This document shows, piece by piece, positions 1-18,175 of a stretch of 64,000 bases of DNA. Origin of the DNA: Chrysomallon squamiferum (Eukaryota > Animalia > Mollusca); the NCBI GenBank assembly GCA_012295275.1, contig CM022672.1, forward strand, positions 27,156,001 to 27,220,000, given 5' to 3'. The position numbers were made by a program, and so were the translations under genes. Numbering within the stretch: the first letter of the stretch is position 1; each line of letters starts with the position of its first letter. Under the pieces are notes generated by a model. It was not told the origin of the DNA and ran no database searches. It was given only the letters and a program-made list of their open reading frames with translations.

Positions 1-238
1 TATCATCATCATCTTTTGTTTATTATTACACATGTGCATATATCTAATCAGTAAATTGGCATTCATATACTTGTGTAAGTATTTTCACAAACACAACTGT
101 ATAACTAAACAAAGAGTTGCAAAACTTATTAGACGTCAGTTTAAAATTTATGTGTTTATATGTAAAAAAAAAAATATATATATATATATTATTTATATAA
201 CAAAATAAAGAAAAAGATAATGTTTTTATAATCTTTAG

Positions 239-334
239 CAACAACTTGGTCTTGGATTGGGAGAGAATCGCCACGCACTGTTCAGAGCTCAGAGGTGGTA
301 TGATGCCACAGACAATGCGAGAGGCTACACTTTG
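239..334 (+). CDS. TEKTL1: TEKTL1/CCDC105 internal coding exon
   Basis: tttag|CAA...TTG|gtaag; 96 nt, open frame. Confidence 0.75.
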
Positions 335-1398
335 GTAAGACAAAACTTTCTTCATTTTACAAAAAAAAAAGATAAAAGATAAAAGATAAAATAAAAAATA
401 AAAAATAATAATAATAAAAATAATAAAATAAAGAAAATTAAAAACAAACTAGTAATTACCACAGTAATGTATCAAATGATTTTTTTTGTTTTATAGTTTG
501 TAACAGAATGTGTATAATTATATGTAATATTTATGACTGCATGAAAGACTTTAATGTATATATATATTATTTTTTTTTTTTTATAGCTTTATTTAATGTC
601 AGATTCTTGAATTATTACAAACATCAGAGATAGATGAATTATAGTTTATCCTATTTTCATCGTATGAAAAATTCATTGTTTTATTAAGGTTTATTTCTGA
701 TTACTTATTACAGGGTCCCATCATGAGTGCTGATGCAGCTACACGAGAACGTCTTGATCGCCCACTTGTTCGTGTTTTCCAGAGACATGCTGGCTCACAA
801 GTTCCTGAAGCTCAGCATCTTATTAGGGTAAATAATTTTAAAAAATTGGTATTGTTTCACATTTGCTTTTATAACTGCTTACAAATGATATTTGTTCATC
901 TGTCCTTAACTCACACATTCATAAAAAAATAAACCCCCAAAAACATTTTGCTTGAAATATCTGGTTTACATGGTCATGAATTATCGAAGCAAAAGTAAGC
1001 ATATTATAATGTTAACTGTAACTACATCAGAATCAAAACAGATTGCTGTAAGGTTTAATTGTTGATAATTTGAACATTAAAGTTTTAAAAAACACAAGGA
1101 TATATATATATACACACACACACGCAAATACACATTTAAATATCCAGTCAGTATTGAAATGGGAAACATTTATAAAAACAAAATTTTCTAAAACAAAATA
1201 TTGATTATACAGGCTGGAAATGGTCTTCTGCAATCACTCACTGCTACCAGCCAAAACATTGGCCTTCTCCGACTAGCACATCAAAAGTTAAGAGGTGACA
1301 TTAAAAGCAAGAGTGCTGGAATGGAATATGACGGTGATGCTCTTCGTTTGCGTAGGAGACATTCTGATCATCGTTGGACTCTAGGCAATGCATTCTAA
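239..1398 (+). CDS. TEKTL1: Tektin-like protein 1 (CCDC105/TEKTL1), 3' part of a spliced gene; exons 239-334, 714-827, 1213-1398; 5' part outside the window
   Basis: Three phase-0 AG/GT-bounded exons join in frame: QQLGLGLGENRHALFRAQRWYDATDNARGYTL|GPIMSADAATRERLDRPLVRVFQRHAGSQVPEAQHLIR|AGNGLLQSL...KSAGMEYDGDALRLRRR...GNAF*. The motifs ERLDRPLVRxxQRHxGxQxPEA and KxxGxExDGxxxRLR match my recollection of the CCDC105 C-terminus. Confidence 0.8.
714..827 (+). CDS. TEKTL1: TEKTL1/CCDC105 penultimate coding exon
   Basis: tacag|GGT...AGG|gtaaa; 114 nt; encodes ERLDRPLVRVFQRHAGSQVPEA. Confidence 0.8.
1213..1398 (+). CDS. TEKTL1: TEKTL1/CCDC105 last coding exon
   Basis: tacag|GCT...TTC TAA; 186 nt including the stop. 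Confidence 0.8.
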   Translation, partial: AGNGLLQSLTATSQNIGLLRLAHQKLRGDIKSKSAGMEYDGDALRLRRRHSDHRWTLGNAF

Positions 1399-4300
1399 AA
1401 CATTAGTAGAGTATCAGTATTTAGTCCAAACTTGCCAGCTTATATTTATTACAGACCATTCAGTATTAACATAGCTTTGTTATTCAGGCTTTTGATTCTG
1501 TATATCATCAGAACAGTTTGTTATATTTGTTGTCTTCTTTTTCTATTTTTAAAACAGTCTTTTGTTAGTATGAAGATTCATATGAAAGTAGTATTTTTAT
1601 TATTGTGATTAGCTTTTTAATTAAGGCAAAGAATTATAGTTAGCATGAAGTTTCTAGTGATGTTAGAATCTTATTTATGTTAGTGGTATAATAATGAATT
1701 AACAAACAAAACAAACAAGAAAAGAAACTGAAGGATTTTTGGGAGTTGTTATCATGTATTATAAACCAGAGTTGTGCACAGTTATTTTGCAGTGGGATTG
1801 TTACAGTATAAATAGTAGCAAAATATTTCACAATGTCATGCACAATGTTTTTGTTTTTTGGTGTTTTAAAAAAAGAGATAAAAAAAGAGAGAGATAGTGA
1901 TCAATATTGTGCTGTGACTGGTATTTTTAAAGTATTTTGATTAATTTAATTTATTACTTTGTATGCTTTGAAATGAAATGAAAAACTGTTTTAGGTGCTT
2001 ATCATTTTATCTGATATCTCTGTATAACTTCATAAATGATAGAAATCATACAGATTTCAATTTATTTAGTTTGTTTTAATTATTATTCATAAATTACCAA
2101 ATTTATTCATTTTTAAATTAGAAGACAGTTTAAGACACTGTTTCCTTACTTCTGATGAGTTTTCTGTGGAAATGATTTTTAAAAAATACTGTTTTAAGAA
2201 CATTATAATGAATAACGTAACAGGCTTTCATGTGATAATTAATATTATTGACTGATACTCTTCAAACACTGGCCTCAGATTTTGTTTTTACAAAAATAGT
2301 TTTAAAAAATGTTTATTTATTTATTTATTCTATTCTATTATTTTTTTTTTTTTTTGGATGGAGAAAGAAATTTTTTATTTTTTTATTTTTTAAACTGATT
2401 GTGTGAATTTCAAAACAAAAATATAAAATTTTTGTCCGACACAGATTGGTAAATCATTTAACACATATTTTGTCAGATTACTCTTGTAATCTATAAAAAA
2501 ATGTCTTTCATTTATTTTAATTTTTTTTTCAATATATATGTTAGATTTTAAATTTTTTTAATAACTGTGATCACATTACATGCAAGTATATTTTAAAAAA
2601 AAATTAATAAAGTAATTGTTTTTAAATGCTTATTTGTTATTATGTTTTTAAAATTAAAAAAAAAAGCTTTATTATTTTATTTTTAATGTTAGTTGTCATT
2701 TAAATAAATGATTCCACACAATGTTTGATTTGTATAAAAGAACAGTTCTGTATATATATAACAAGGAATACAGATTTTCATTATCATTGGTAGATGCACT
2801 TTATTTTGCACATATCAAAGGAATTCATAGATGCAAAAGTACCTAGGCATAACAGCATGCTTTTAAAGACCATTTCTGTGCACAAATAATTTTATATGTA
2901 TATAAATATGGTCTGGCAAATGAAATACTTGCCTTTTTTTGATAAGAAAATCCAGAAAAAAAGGTTTTTGAATTATAGTATTAATCATGATCATCACTGA
3001 TAAATATAAATATTTGTTATTTTATCCAATTTAATTTTTAAGTTATTTTTTACTGAATATTTAAACAAACATTCATTTTAATTAGCTTTAATAAACATTT
3101 GTTTTGTCTACATCTTTACAGTTAATGTGAAAATACTGCTGTATTTTGTTTTGAAGAAGGAATTATACATATTTTAATTTTTAATATTTTTTTCTTCGAA
3201 TTATTCTTTTGTATATGAAATTACTTTAGAATATGTATATGTTTTGAAGAAGGAGAAGAAATTAAAATGTTATATTGGGTTAGATTGAAGATATTTTCTT
3301 TTATTTCTCTGTATAAATATCCATTTTCAGTATTTTGTTTTATACACTAAAATGGTTTTTTTTTTTGAAGCATTTGAACAGTTATTGTTTATTTTTGAGA
3401 ATACAAGTCTTGCACAGGTTTCAGTGAGTTACTTTAAAAATATTTAGACCTCACTGATAATAGGAAAGAAAAGAAAAACATATTTGTTGTATACATATAT
3501 TTGTTATTTGAGAAAGATGTCAATTTTTTTTTAATTTAAAGAAGAGGGCATTTGGGTTTATGACATCAAACTTCCTTGTATGGCAAAAAACTTGTCATGT
3601 TATTGAAAATCCATTTGTTCTAGACATCTATATATTCCAGCAATATGAGATTTGATTTACTTACCTTTTGCTATACCTGCAAACCATGAATGAATTTTGA
3701 AAATTTGTAAGTTATAACATATTTAAATATTTTAAATGAATGGTTTATACTGTTTTAAAAATTCTGATCTCATATATGAAAATCTTTTGTCTGTGATAGT
3801 AATAAACAGTATTTCTACAAATAACTTTATACCATCAGTATTGCATTTGGATTTATGCCTTAGGAAAAGTATTATTATTATTATTATTTGTATAGAACTT
3901 TTAGAAAAAGTATTAACAGAGTATTTACATCTAATTCTTAGAAAAATGTTTTATTATTATATTGTATGTAAAACAGTTAGATTTAAGCTTTAAAATTATT
4001 AGGTTTTCTTTAGAAATAAAAATTATTCTTTCAGTATAGTATTTAGATTAAATTCTTAGAAATGTTTTTAATATTATGCTGTATGAAATATAAACATTAG
4101 TATTATTAGATGTTTTTTTAACTTCTTTTTTTAACATTAAAAATATTAATTTTGAATAAATCACAAGTGAGAAAACTTGTACATTGATGAGTAGTAGTTA
4201 GTAGTTTTTAGTGTATTTTGAAAAAGATCTGTTTTTATTGAGTACATGTACACTAATATCATTGTATATAACTATATCATTTGTTATATATATATATATA

Positions 4301-5609
4301 AAATAATGAATGCGCTATGCCTTTTATCTTAATATTCTTTTGTTGTATATAACTGTAATAACCTGGTCAGGACATGTACTGATAAAAAGAATAATTTTTT
4401 TTAAGATTAATTTTACATCTGTCCTTTTAGTTAATAAAATTTATATTGTGTATTATCATCACGTTTATATATATATATATACACATACACACATAAACAT
4501 ACAACCAACACACGCATAATAAAATTCAATTTAGTTCTATGTTTAAACTGAAGGAAATTGTCAAATAACTTTTAAAGAAAATTCTCTCTTTTATTTTAAT
4601 TGCTGTTATTTCAGAAATTAACTTTCAATTAATCTTATTATTTGGGATACAGATGTCAGTAATCCATGTAATTTACATTTATTTGATATAAATGATTACA
4701 TATGTATATAGCATTGTTTATTTATGAGTATTATTTTCTGCACAAACATGTGTTTTAAATCATAAGTAATTTGTTAACACTAATATTTCAGACAGTATGA
4801 AACATTTTAATTTGCATTTTTACTTTTGTATTTTGTAGTAAGTATGTAATGTTTATAACTTATGGATAATAAGATTTATTATGAATATTATTTTAATTGT
4901 ATATTTTATTTCCTAGTTATTTGTTCACTGATGTTTGAAGTGCTTTGGACAATAAACACATTATGGTCACCATTTTGTTTTGCTATTTTTTTATAAAACC
5001 TTTTTGCAAAAACTTAGGAAAAGTGATAAAATAAAGAAAATTAATGTATTAACTTTTTTTAAGGGATATTAAGACTTCCCCCAAATTTATATAACATTGT
5101 GTAAACTCTTTGACCTATAACCAGTTTATCAGTGGGAGAATATATAAACATTAATTGTTAAGTCACTTGCTTGTAGGAACGAATAAATCAGTGAATGAAT
5201 AATTAACGACTAATGTCCCCATGAAATTTGCAGTGTGTCATTCATGAATGAATGCTACACTCCCAGAGATTTCAAATGCAATTTAAAGAGACTCATGTAG
5301 TCTATAAAGTGCCAGTTGTGTATATTCTGTACACACTGTTACAAAATCACTAACTTAAAAGGGGTCAAACAACCACTATTTACACTTTAGCTAACACATC
5401 ATTTTAAATCCACATTCTCGTCAGTTATAGTTTGTCTAGATCATTTTAATGCAGTTGTTCAGTTCTAGTGTTGGATGTATAGCAGTTCAATTGATATTAA
5501 ATTATTCACTCATTATTTATAGTGTTGTAATTTATAGAAGTACAAAAGAAACTGAATAGGTATATTCAAATTAATTACTAGGTAGTATAAAAATTACCAG
5601 TGGGAAAGA

Positions 5610-5646
<37 letters not shown>

Positions 5647-5647
5647 A

Positions 5648-5680
<33 letters not shown>

Positions 5681-8600
5681 TGAATTTGTCTGGTTAGTGT
5701 ATTGAATATAGAAATAAACAAATTAAACAATCTCAGAAAATATGCAGTACATTGTTTATAAAAATGTTTTGTATGATATCAGTTTTCAGACATACAAAAG
5801 CCAAATACTAAGCCTTTTTTCCCAGCTGTGTTTAACAATTGTAAATTCATACAGCTACATGGTTTTTGATCAAAACAAGTTTTGTGAATTTGCTTTCTCA
5901 GATTTGTTTTCAATCATTAATAGACAAATATGAACTTGAACAACAAAAGACAAAAACTCCAGTACTTATTTACATCATGATTTTATTATTTTTAGTTGAT
6001 ATTATGTCTTTACAAGTCCAGACATGGTGACAAGGGTAGACTATAATAGAAAGTCTGGCATGCACAATTATGTGTATGACACAGATGGTTTTGTTGCTTA
6101 TTTATCTAAACACATGTGTACTGCATACTGCTAGACAGCATGATATGTGTGCATGCCAAGCTTTACATCTATTCACATCTGGAACAGCTATTCACAAATC
6201 AGTTTAAAGATATTTTCACAAGAAAGCCTGTCCATCAAACAAATACATCATCATGACCAAAAATGTTTGTTTTCTCCCAAAATGGTGGCAGCAACCATAT
6301 TGAAGTATTTGTGTTAAATATTTACTTTCATAAATTAAGAAGTACTTTTGTTTTAAGACAAGTCTGATTAAAAAATTTGAAAATTCAAAAATTATGGAAA
6401 TATTAAACTGATAAATACTAAAGAACAGCTGCAACAGTGAATTTCAAAAACTATTAACAAATAACTTTACTTATAATTTCTAGTCAGTTAATTCTTTTCT
6501 GCAAACTAAACAGGAGAAACTGTAATAATAATAACAAACAACTTTGTAAAACAATTAGTGATCTAACTAATCAAACAGAACTGAGATTTACATTTCCACA
6601 ATATCAAAGAATGTATAAACAAGCCAAACTGTTTATTTTATGTACTTACATATTCTGGATTACGATTGTCCAAAATAACTTTATAAATTAAAAGATCGAC
6701 GTACTTAGACTGATGGACAGGCCAGTAAATAATTACTTGTTTTCAAGTGGAAAGCATCACAAAATAGCTATGTACAATTCGTGGTAATAAATATATTGAG
6801 TAATACAAAAACATCTTTGAGCGTAACAGAAAAGAACTGGAGACTATTAACACACAAATAAAATTGGTTTGAAATTCAGGATATTTTGTTAGAACATGGA
6901 AATCAAAGGAAAATTTAACTGTACAAGAATATAATGAAGAAAAAGCTGTTGTGCAACTTGTTGCTAACATTTTGTATCAAGTTAAAAGAATTTCATAAAC
7001 AAGAACAAGTTAATTTTGACTGAATTTCTTAATATCAACAATTGATTGTGACAAAATTAATGAATAAACTATTTCATTCTGATTAGAAAATACCTATGCA
7101 CAACCACTATTCTGCTTGGAGAAAAGTTTATCACTAAATTATTTCATTAATACCCCTTAAATAACTGTCTTTTACTGATTTTGAAGGGGAATTTTACTTT
7201 CCTGTCATCATTAACATTTTAAAAGTTGTCATCTGGCCTTTCAGAATTTATATTTTAAAATAAATTACAATTAACCATATATAAAAATAATAATTAACAA
7301 TTAATAGCTAAAAAAAATAATAACAAGTTAATGAAATGAAAACGAAACTCAATGACTAGTAGACATTAATCTTAAGTAACAGCAAAGCCAATAAAACCTA
7401 TTGAATAACCCAGATAATTAATTATAGCCATTTGTAAAACAGACACCAGTATCCAACTGTTAACAAAGCGTAACAATAAAACTGAACTTACCCATTGACA
7501 ATATTACATCAAGTACATTTAATAACATGACATTTTACTGTATTTAAAAAAAAGCTATATATATAATCAACCAAGTTAAGATGATACTCCTAAACCTTTT
7601 CCTGCATTAGCATTGCAGAAACATTTCTCTTCCCCGTTTTCTTTGAACAAACTTAATTTATCTATCCATAATATTAACATTGTACTTGAGTCTGGAAATA
7701 GTTTCATATATTTTACATTTTTGCTTTTTTTTCTCTCAAATGAATCAGAATTGAGAACATTTAACTAAATGGAAAACACCACAGAGAGAGAAGAAAATAT
7801 ACAAACATGCTGTACCTCAAGATTCCACACTTGGTCCTCGCTTATTTTATATCTAGATGAAGAAATTTTGCATGTTGCTTTTCATGATATGGTTTTGTGT
7901 GCTGATGATACAGTGATAGTAATAATAATATTAATAATAAGAAGAAGAATATTATTTTTCAAAAAAAAAAAACAACAACAACCCCTAAATATACTTTTAA
8001 AAGGCTGTAATAAACAAGACATTTTTTTTAAGACTACAGTACACTCAAAACACTGATTTGTTTATTATATACAGTTGTAAAGTTTGTCAATTATTTTGCC
8101 ATATTATTAAAAAAAAATAAAAAAATGTTAGAATAGAGCTGGGGGTTCTACATTCTGATGACACAGAAACTGAATGAAGAGAGAACTACTTGAGGAAAAT
8201 GTTTGAAGAAAAATTATATTCCTTACTGCAGTGCAGGGCTTTCACCACTTAGCAAAAAAAGAAAAAAAGGAAAAAAACTGAAGAGCAATATTCTGACATA
8301 ACATAACAACTCTGCCTGATAAATGTTCAAGTCATTGCACATTTCCACATTGCAAATATATCTTAAACCTTTTTAATATTTTATACCCGGGTATAACCTG
8401 CAGGGAATGAAACAACAACAATACACAAGTCAATGAAACATATTTAATAATGATAGTATCTAAAACAGTAATTCTAATAATGAAAACAATAGTACTAGTT
8501 ATAATAATAAAAAAAAACAAAAAAAAACAAGACTATCCAATTACAATATATTAGAACTATGATAAACAGAGCACAAGTCAAAATTGATGTGGCTAGAAAA

Positions 8601-10507
8601 TGTTGATTTTTACTTAAAACAAAAATGTGTAACATTCTCAGAAAATACAACTACCTTTCTTTCACAATTATCCCAAAATAACTATTGAAAGCTCAGGAAA
8701 CTGCTATTAATTATTAATGCATGTCAACACTTTTAAAAGAAATGTTAAATAAAATGCCCCAACAACAATCAGGAAAATCTCTGAGGAAACATTTTAATAA
8801 AAGTAATAAATATTTTTCTTTGCTTATGATATGATTAGTTGCACAATTAACAAAACAAAAACATTTTTTTTTTTTTTTTTTAAAAGCTGAATTTCCTTCA
8901 TCCCATGCCTGATTACCTAAATATTTTCATTTTTTATTTTTAACATGGTTCAGTATTTTGTGTCATAACAAAATCTAAAGCTTTTCAAAGCCAGAGCACA
9001 TTAACAGATTCATGAATCCTTCACATCCTTCCAGAACATTTTAAAAGTTTCCACTGAGCAGCAGCAAAGAATGATTACAAAATTTGTGGGTTGGTTGATT
9101 TAAAAAAATGTGACTCCACAACTCTTATTTTAACCTGCAATGCAGTTTTTGGGAACATCCAGCTTTGGTTAAAAAGGGAATGTTTTTTGAAAATGCCCCA
9201 AACCTGCTTAATAAATTGATAAATCAGCTAAATAATTAGTTGTGAAACAAAATTAATGGTATATCAATGCACTACTAGTTATTCCAGATTTAAAAAAAAC
9301 CCCAAAGTTTGCTGAATCATACCAAGATACCCTATTTTGATTCCAATACAGTGTTTTATTTAATTACACTTACAGGAAAAATTTATTTATCACTTTGACT
9401 CCTAGTTATTTTATTCCACATAACGCAAAAATATATTAAAAATCATTCGATCAAACTTTCACATAATGAATAACAAGGAACCTGAAAAACACAAATTCCT
9501 AGGAATAGTATAAATGTCAAAAAGGGTACACTGAATAACTTTTATTGAATTATTTTAACAAACATAGCATTTAGTCTTTAAAGACTTAACTGATTTATTT
9601 GCAGCTTTCCTCGTAGATTTTTTTTTTTTTTTTTTTTAAACTCTGAAATAATGTTAGATATTGCTATACTATTGTTTCTGATTTTCCTTATATTTATATC
9701 CAGTAATAACAGCAAGTGAAATGATATGCCCAAACCGGTCTACTCTGTAAATGAACATGCTTAACACTTACCTGACATTCACTCACTCAACAGTCAAGAA
9801 AAAAAAAAATATCAACCAAATTCATCTGACCCAAAGTGAATATTAATTCATAGAAAAATATTCAAATTCACAACTCTGTAGAGATCAACATATACAGAAT
9901 ATCCTTTCACCAATGTAGATTTTTAAAACATGAAGTTAACTCTTGTTATGTGAATTTAAAAAAACCAAAAAAAAAAAACATTTTTTTTTTTCAGATACAA
10001 GGTAATTATGAATAATTAATGTCAGTTAAGGAGAAAAAAAAAGCAGTTGTGTAAAGTAGAAAATTACTGTGAATGAGAATATTAAAACACTGATGCAACT
10101 GCAATTTTTTAGCAATTTGTTCTGTATTCTCACTGTGCATATATCATCTCTCTATATGTGGAAAGTTTAAGGAACTTGTGAAAATAAATACTAATAAATA
10201 CTAACATTTTTTAAATAAACAAAAACTAATTATATTAACTTTTTGCAAATAACCTTTTCAATCATCCATATATTTTCATGTTAAACACACAATGATGCTT
10301 TTTATTTATCAATTTGTTGTTTAATAATAATTTTTTTCTATAATCAATCAAGTAAGAAAAGAAAAACAAAACAGTTCAGTCACTGACTAACATGATGAAT
10401 GTACGGTGTGACATTTGCCAATCAAGCAACCGTATTCCCTTGGAATGACAGAGAGAAAGGCTGACCCTTGTCTTGCGAAAAAAAAAAAAATGTGGGGAAA
10501 TGTACTG

Positions 10508-14923
<4,416 letters not shown>

Positions 14924-15267
14924 CTATTTTAATTAAACTGATGTTAAAAATAAAACTAATGCATATTATATATTTAATTTTTTGTCTTAAAGTTCCTTTA
15001 ACTTTATTAAATCTTAAATGTCTACATTATTATATCACGGGTCATTACTGATAATATTACTAGTGATATTATGATATTATGTTACTACTCTCCTTAGTCT
15101 CAGCATGGCGTCCAGTGGGAGGACGTTAGGACTTATGTAAACAGCTGATCTGAACGTATTGTATTTTCGTTTGTCTCATTACAAATGACAGTAAAAATAA
15201 TAATAATCAAAATAAATGTTATATCAACATTTAAAAAAGACAATTTGGTTTGCTTAGCGTTACTCAC

Positions 15268-15560
15268 AAAATAAAATTGGTTGGCAAGTGCCAGAAAAAA
15301 GTGACTGTCACTTCCTACTTTCAGTCAAGTCAGGAAGTAGATCAGATCTAAAACGTCCGTTGTTTCTTTTATATTCAACTTAAATGATATTAAGCTGAAA
15401 TATACAACTGTAATATTAACAGTAAAAGATTTTTTCAGATCACCGTATGCCAACGTGTTAATTATATTATTTTCCGGATTTTGTCAGACTCATAACACCA
15501 AAGATGGCGATTACGTAGCTATTTGCAGCGCCCTCTTTCCAAGGGACATAACTCTCATTT
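15268..15560 (-). promoter_or_regulatory. Putative Rab14 non-coding first exon and promoter
   Basis: Minus-strand donor GTGAGT at 15267-15262. Inverted ETS-like pair ACTTCCT/AGGAAGT at about 15310-15338. YY1-like AAGATGGCG at 15501-15509. CpG dinucleotides become frequent here. Confidence 0.5.
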
Positions 15561-15794
15561 GCAATCCTCCCCAATAATATTCGGTTTCACAATACTCTTT
15601 TGATTGCTTTAAACACTCCATGAAACTCTAATATTAATAGTTTCAAATTCTATGGACATCGAACTAACGTATTAAACTGCTTTTTAATTATAATACAAAT
15701 ATTACTATTAAAACATCTACATTAAAAAAAACCCACAGCAACAACACAAACAAAAACAAGCAAGCAAAATTATTAAAATAAACATTTCTCACAC

Positions 15795-15798
<4 letters not shown>

Positions 15799-15855
<57 letters not shown>
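15799..15855. repeat. (AG)n microsatellite
   Basis: Read directly from the sequence. Confidence 0.9.
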
Positions 15856-15858
<3 letters not shown>

Positions 15859-16217
15859 CGATATTACAGTTAAATAAACATTAGCAAACACTGTATATTT
15901 CATCGTTTATTGTCTCAAATTATTCTGTCTGATTTAATTCTCATTATTAAAAATGAAGTAAAATTTTAAATATTCGATGTTAAGTTAATAAAATAGCTAC
16001 TATCCTTTAGCCACATGTCATGAAAAGTCACTCGAGATTTTAGTGGTATTCCGGTTGTGGCCATTGAAAATTATTACGTTATTTCCGTTCTAAAGATAGC
16101 GTTAAAAATTTTCCACCAGAAAACTACTCATTCTGAAGACACTTATCTTGAGCATAATCTCGAAATTGATTTTGCCTTTCAGTGGATCTTGTTAAATCAT
16201 ATCATTATATTATTACG

Positions 16218-16303
16218 TTATTTATTTGTCATTTTAGGTTTAATTAAAATTTAATAAAATTTATTTATTTGTCATGTTAGGTTTAATTAAAATTTAATAA
16301 AAT
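16218..16303. repeat. 43-bp tandem duplication (2 copies)
   Basis: TTATTTATTTGTCAT(T/G)TTAGGTTTAATTAAAATTTAATAAAAT twice, one mismatch. Confidence 0.85.
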
Positions 16304-17091
16304 CTTTTCATCTCTAGAATTCCGAATAAAGATTCGAAACAATAACGAATTATTGTCATTTTGATAACAGCATATAAAGAGAGGTAATTCATCGTAAATG
16401 TAACTGAACAATCATTACAAATAGACTATACTGTCTGAGTTATCGAATTTTGACAGACAAAAAGTCTTTAACAGAGAGAGTTATTGGCCTTGTTCTAGCT
16501 TTTCATGTAAACATTTTATAGTCTAATAAGCTGAGGTTTTGTTGACGTACAGTGTGAATAGTAAATAATTTGTGACATAAACTACAGTTTAGGACAATTA
16601 ATAATTTATTTCAGTAACAATATAAGACTCTGAATATTAACTCTTCCAAGCGGCAAAGTCAGAAAATATAAGCTTCCTTGTATTTGTAAAAAATAAATAA
16701 ATGGATTCAGCGTTTATTTGCTTATGTGACTAAGTTTTTAGCGCTAAATGATAGTTTATTTATAAGTTTTTTGATGATATTTATTATTATTATTATTATT
16801 ATTGTTGTTGTTGTTGTTGTTGTTGTTTGCGTTACGAATTGTTCTATCTTCAAGATGGTTCGTTCAGTATTTTAATCAAACGTTTATTCAGCTGCATGGT
16901 ATGTAAATGATAAACCAATTTCTACATAGGATTTCCACCAGGTCACAAAACTGTAAGTATTAGCAGTACCGTATTTAAACATATGCTAAACAAATTACAT
17001 TTTGGGGATTCACAATCTGCAGAGACTTAAAAAATGGTATAATAAAATGAAATTCATTATAAAAAATTATTATTTATCTATTTATTTATTT

Positions 17092-17323
17092 GAAGAGTTT
17101 GGTTCCAAAACGCTGTAAATCCATTTTCTTTGTGTTGAGAAAAATGACTATTTCTGCTCTGGAGTTTATGGCGTTATGAAACGAAGGACTATAGTCTACT
17201 GAGTAGATTAGTGGCGGGTATAGAATTTTTGGGGAAATGATTATGGGGCGTTGAACATTTGGTGACGTTCTGTTTTTAAAATTTTGATTTTGGCGTTTAT
17301 CGCGTTTTGGAACTAAACTCTTC
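17092..17323. mobile_element. 232-bp MITE (non-autonomous DNA transposon), possibly Sola superfamily
   Basis: 22-bp TIRs GAAGAGTTTGGTTCCAAAACGC and GCGTTTTGGAACTAAACTCTTC (21/22 match); 4-bp direct repeat ATTT on both flanks. Confidence 0.8.
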
Positions 17324-17854
17324 ATTTATTTATTATTTTATACAAGCTTTTTGTTACTTATAACCTAAATAAGTCTGAAATGGAAGAATAAGTAATCGGG
17401 CAAGATCATCTGCGACTAAAGGCCACGAATATTTTAATCTTGTTGGCATAGAAATTGTTTCGTCAAGCCTTTCCTTGACGCAATCGTTAAACTCCGTCTA
17501 AGGAAAAAAGCTGTACATTCTGATAGAAGTAACCTGTTCCTTTAGTACTTTACCTCTCATGTACATGTCTAGATGTGTATTAGTACAGACTACAGAATAC
17601 TTCAGTAAAGCTGCCTCTAACCAATCCGCTCTAGTTCCCAGCTCAATCCAGTAATGACAGATAATTTACCATTTTTAGATATTTTAAAACATGTTCGCGC
17701 TCTGTAAATGTGTTTTACCGTGGGAACAATAGGTCAAGAGATGATATATTATTTTGAGATGCATTATATGCGAGAGCAGAAAACATTTTTCTTCAGGAGT
17801 CAGAGGACTGTGGAGCTGGTAAGTTCTTATTGTTGCCTGTATTTTAAGAAACGT

Positions 17855-18175
17855 TTTGGACTAAATTTGTATTTAGATAATTAAAAATTATTACATATAT
17901 CATTTACCTATCGCTGCTTAATTGATAACTTATAACTTTTGAGTTCTTGCTACAGATTTCAGACGTATCATGTTCTATTCTAAGTAATAGTTTGGACTAA
18001 ATTTGTATTAAGATATCTTAAAATTATAACATACAGCATTTATCTGTCGCTGTTTAATTAATAACTTATAACTTTTGAGTTCTTACTACTAATGCATAAG
18101 ACGTACCATGCTTCTAAGTAACAATTTGGACTAAATTTATATTAAGATATTTTAAAATTTAACTTACAGCATTTA
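17855..18175. repeat. Diverged tandem repeat of about 135 bp (about 2.4 copies)
   Basis: TTTGGACTAAATTT(G/A)TATT recurs at about 17856, 17991 and 18126, with shared ATAACTTATAACTTTTGAGTTCTT in the first two copies. Confidence 0.8.

Noticed and set aside
8381-8396. Perfect 16-bp palindrome TTATACCCGGGTATAA
   Set aside because: Isolated; about one such palindrome is plausible by chance in 64 kb of AT-rich DNA.
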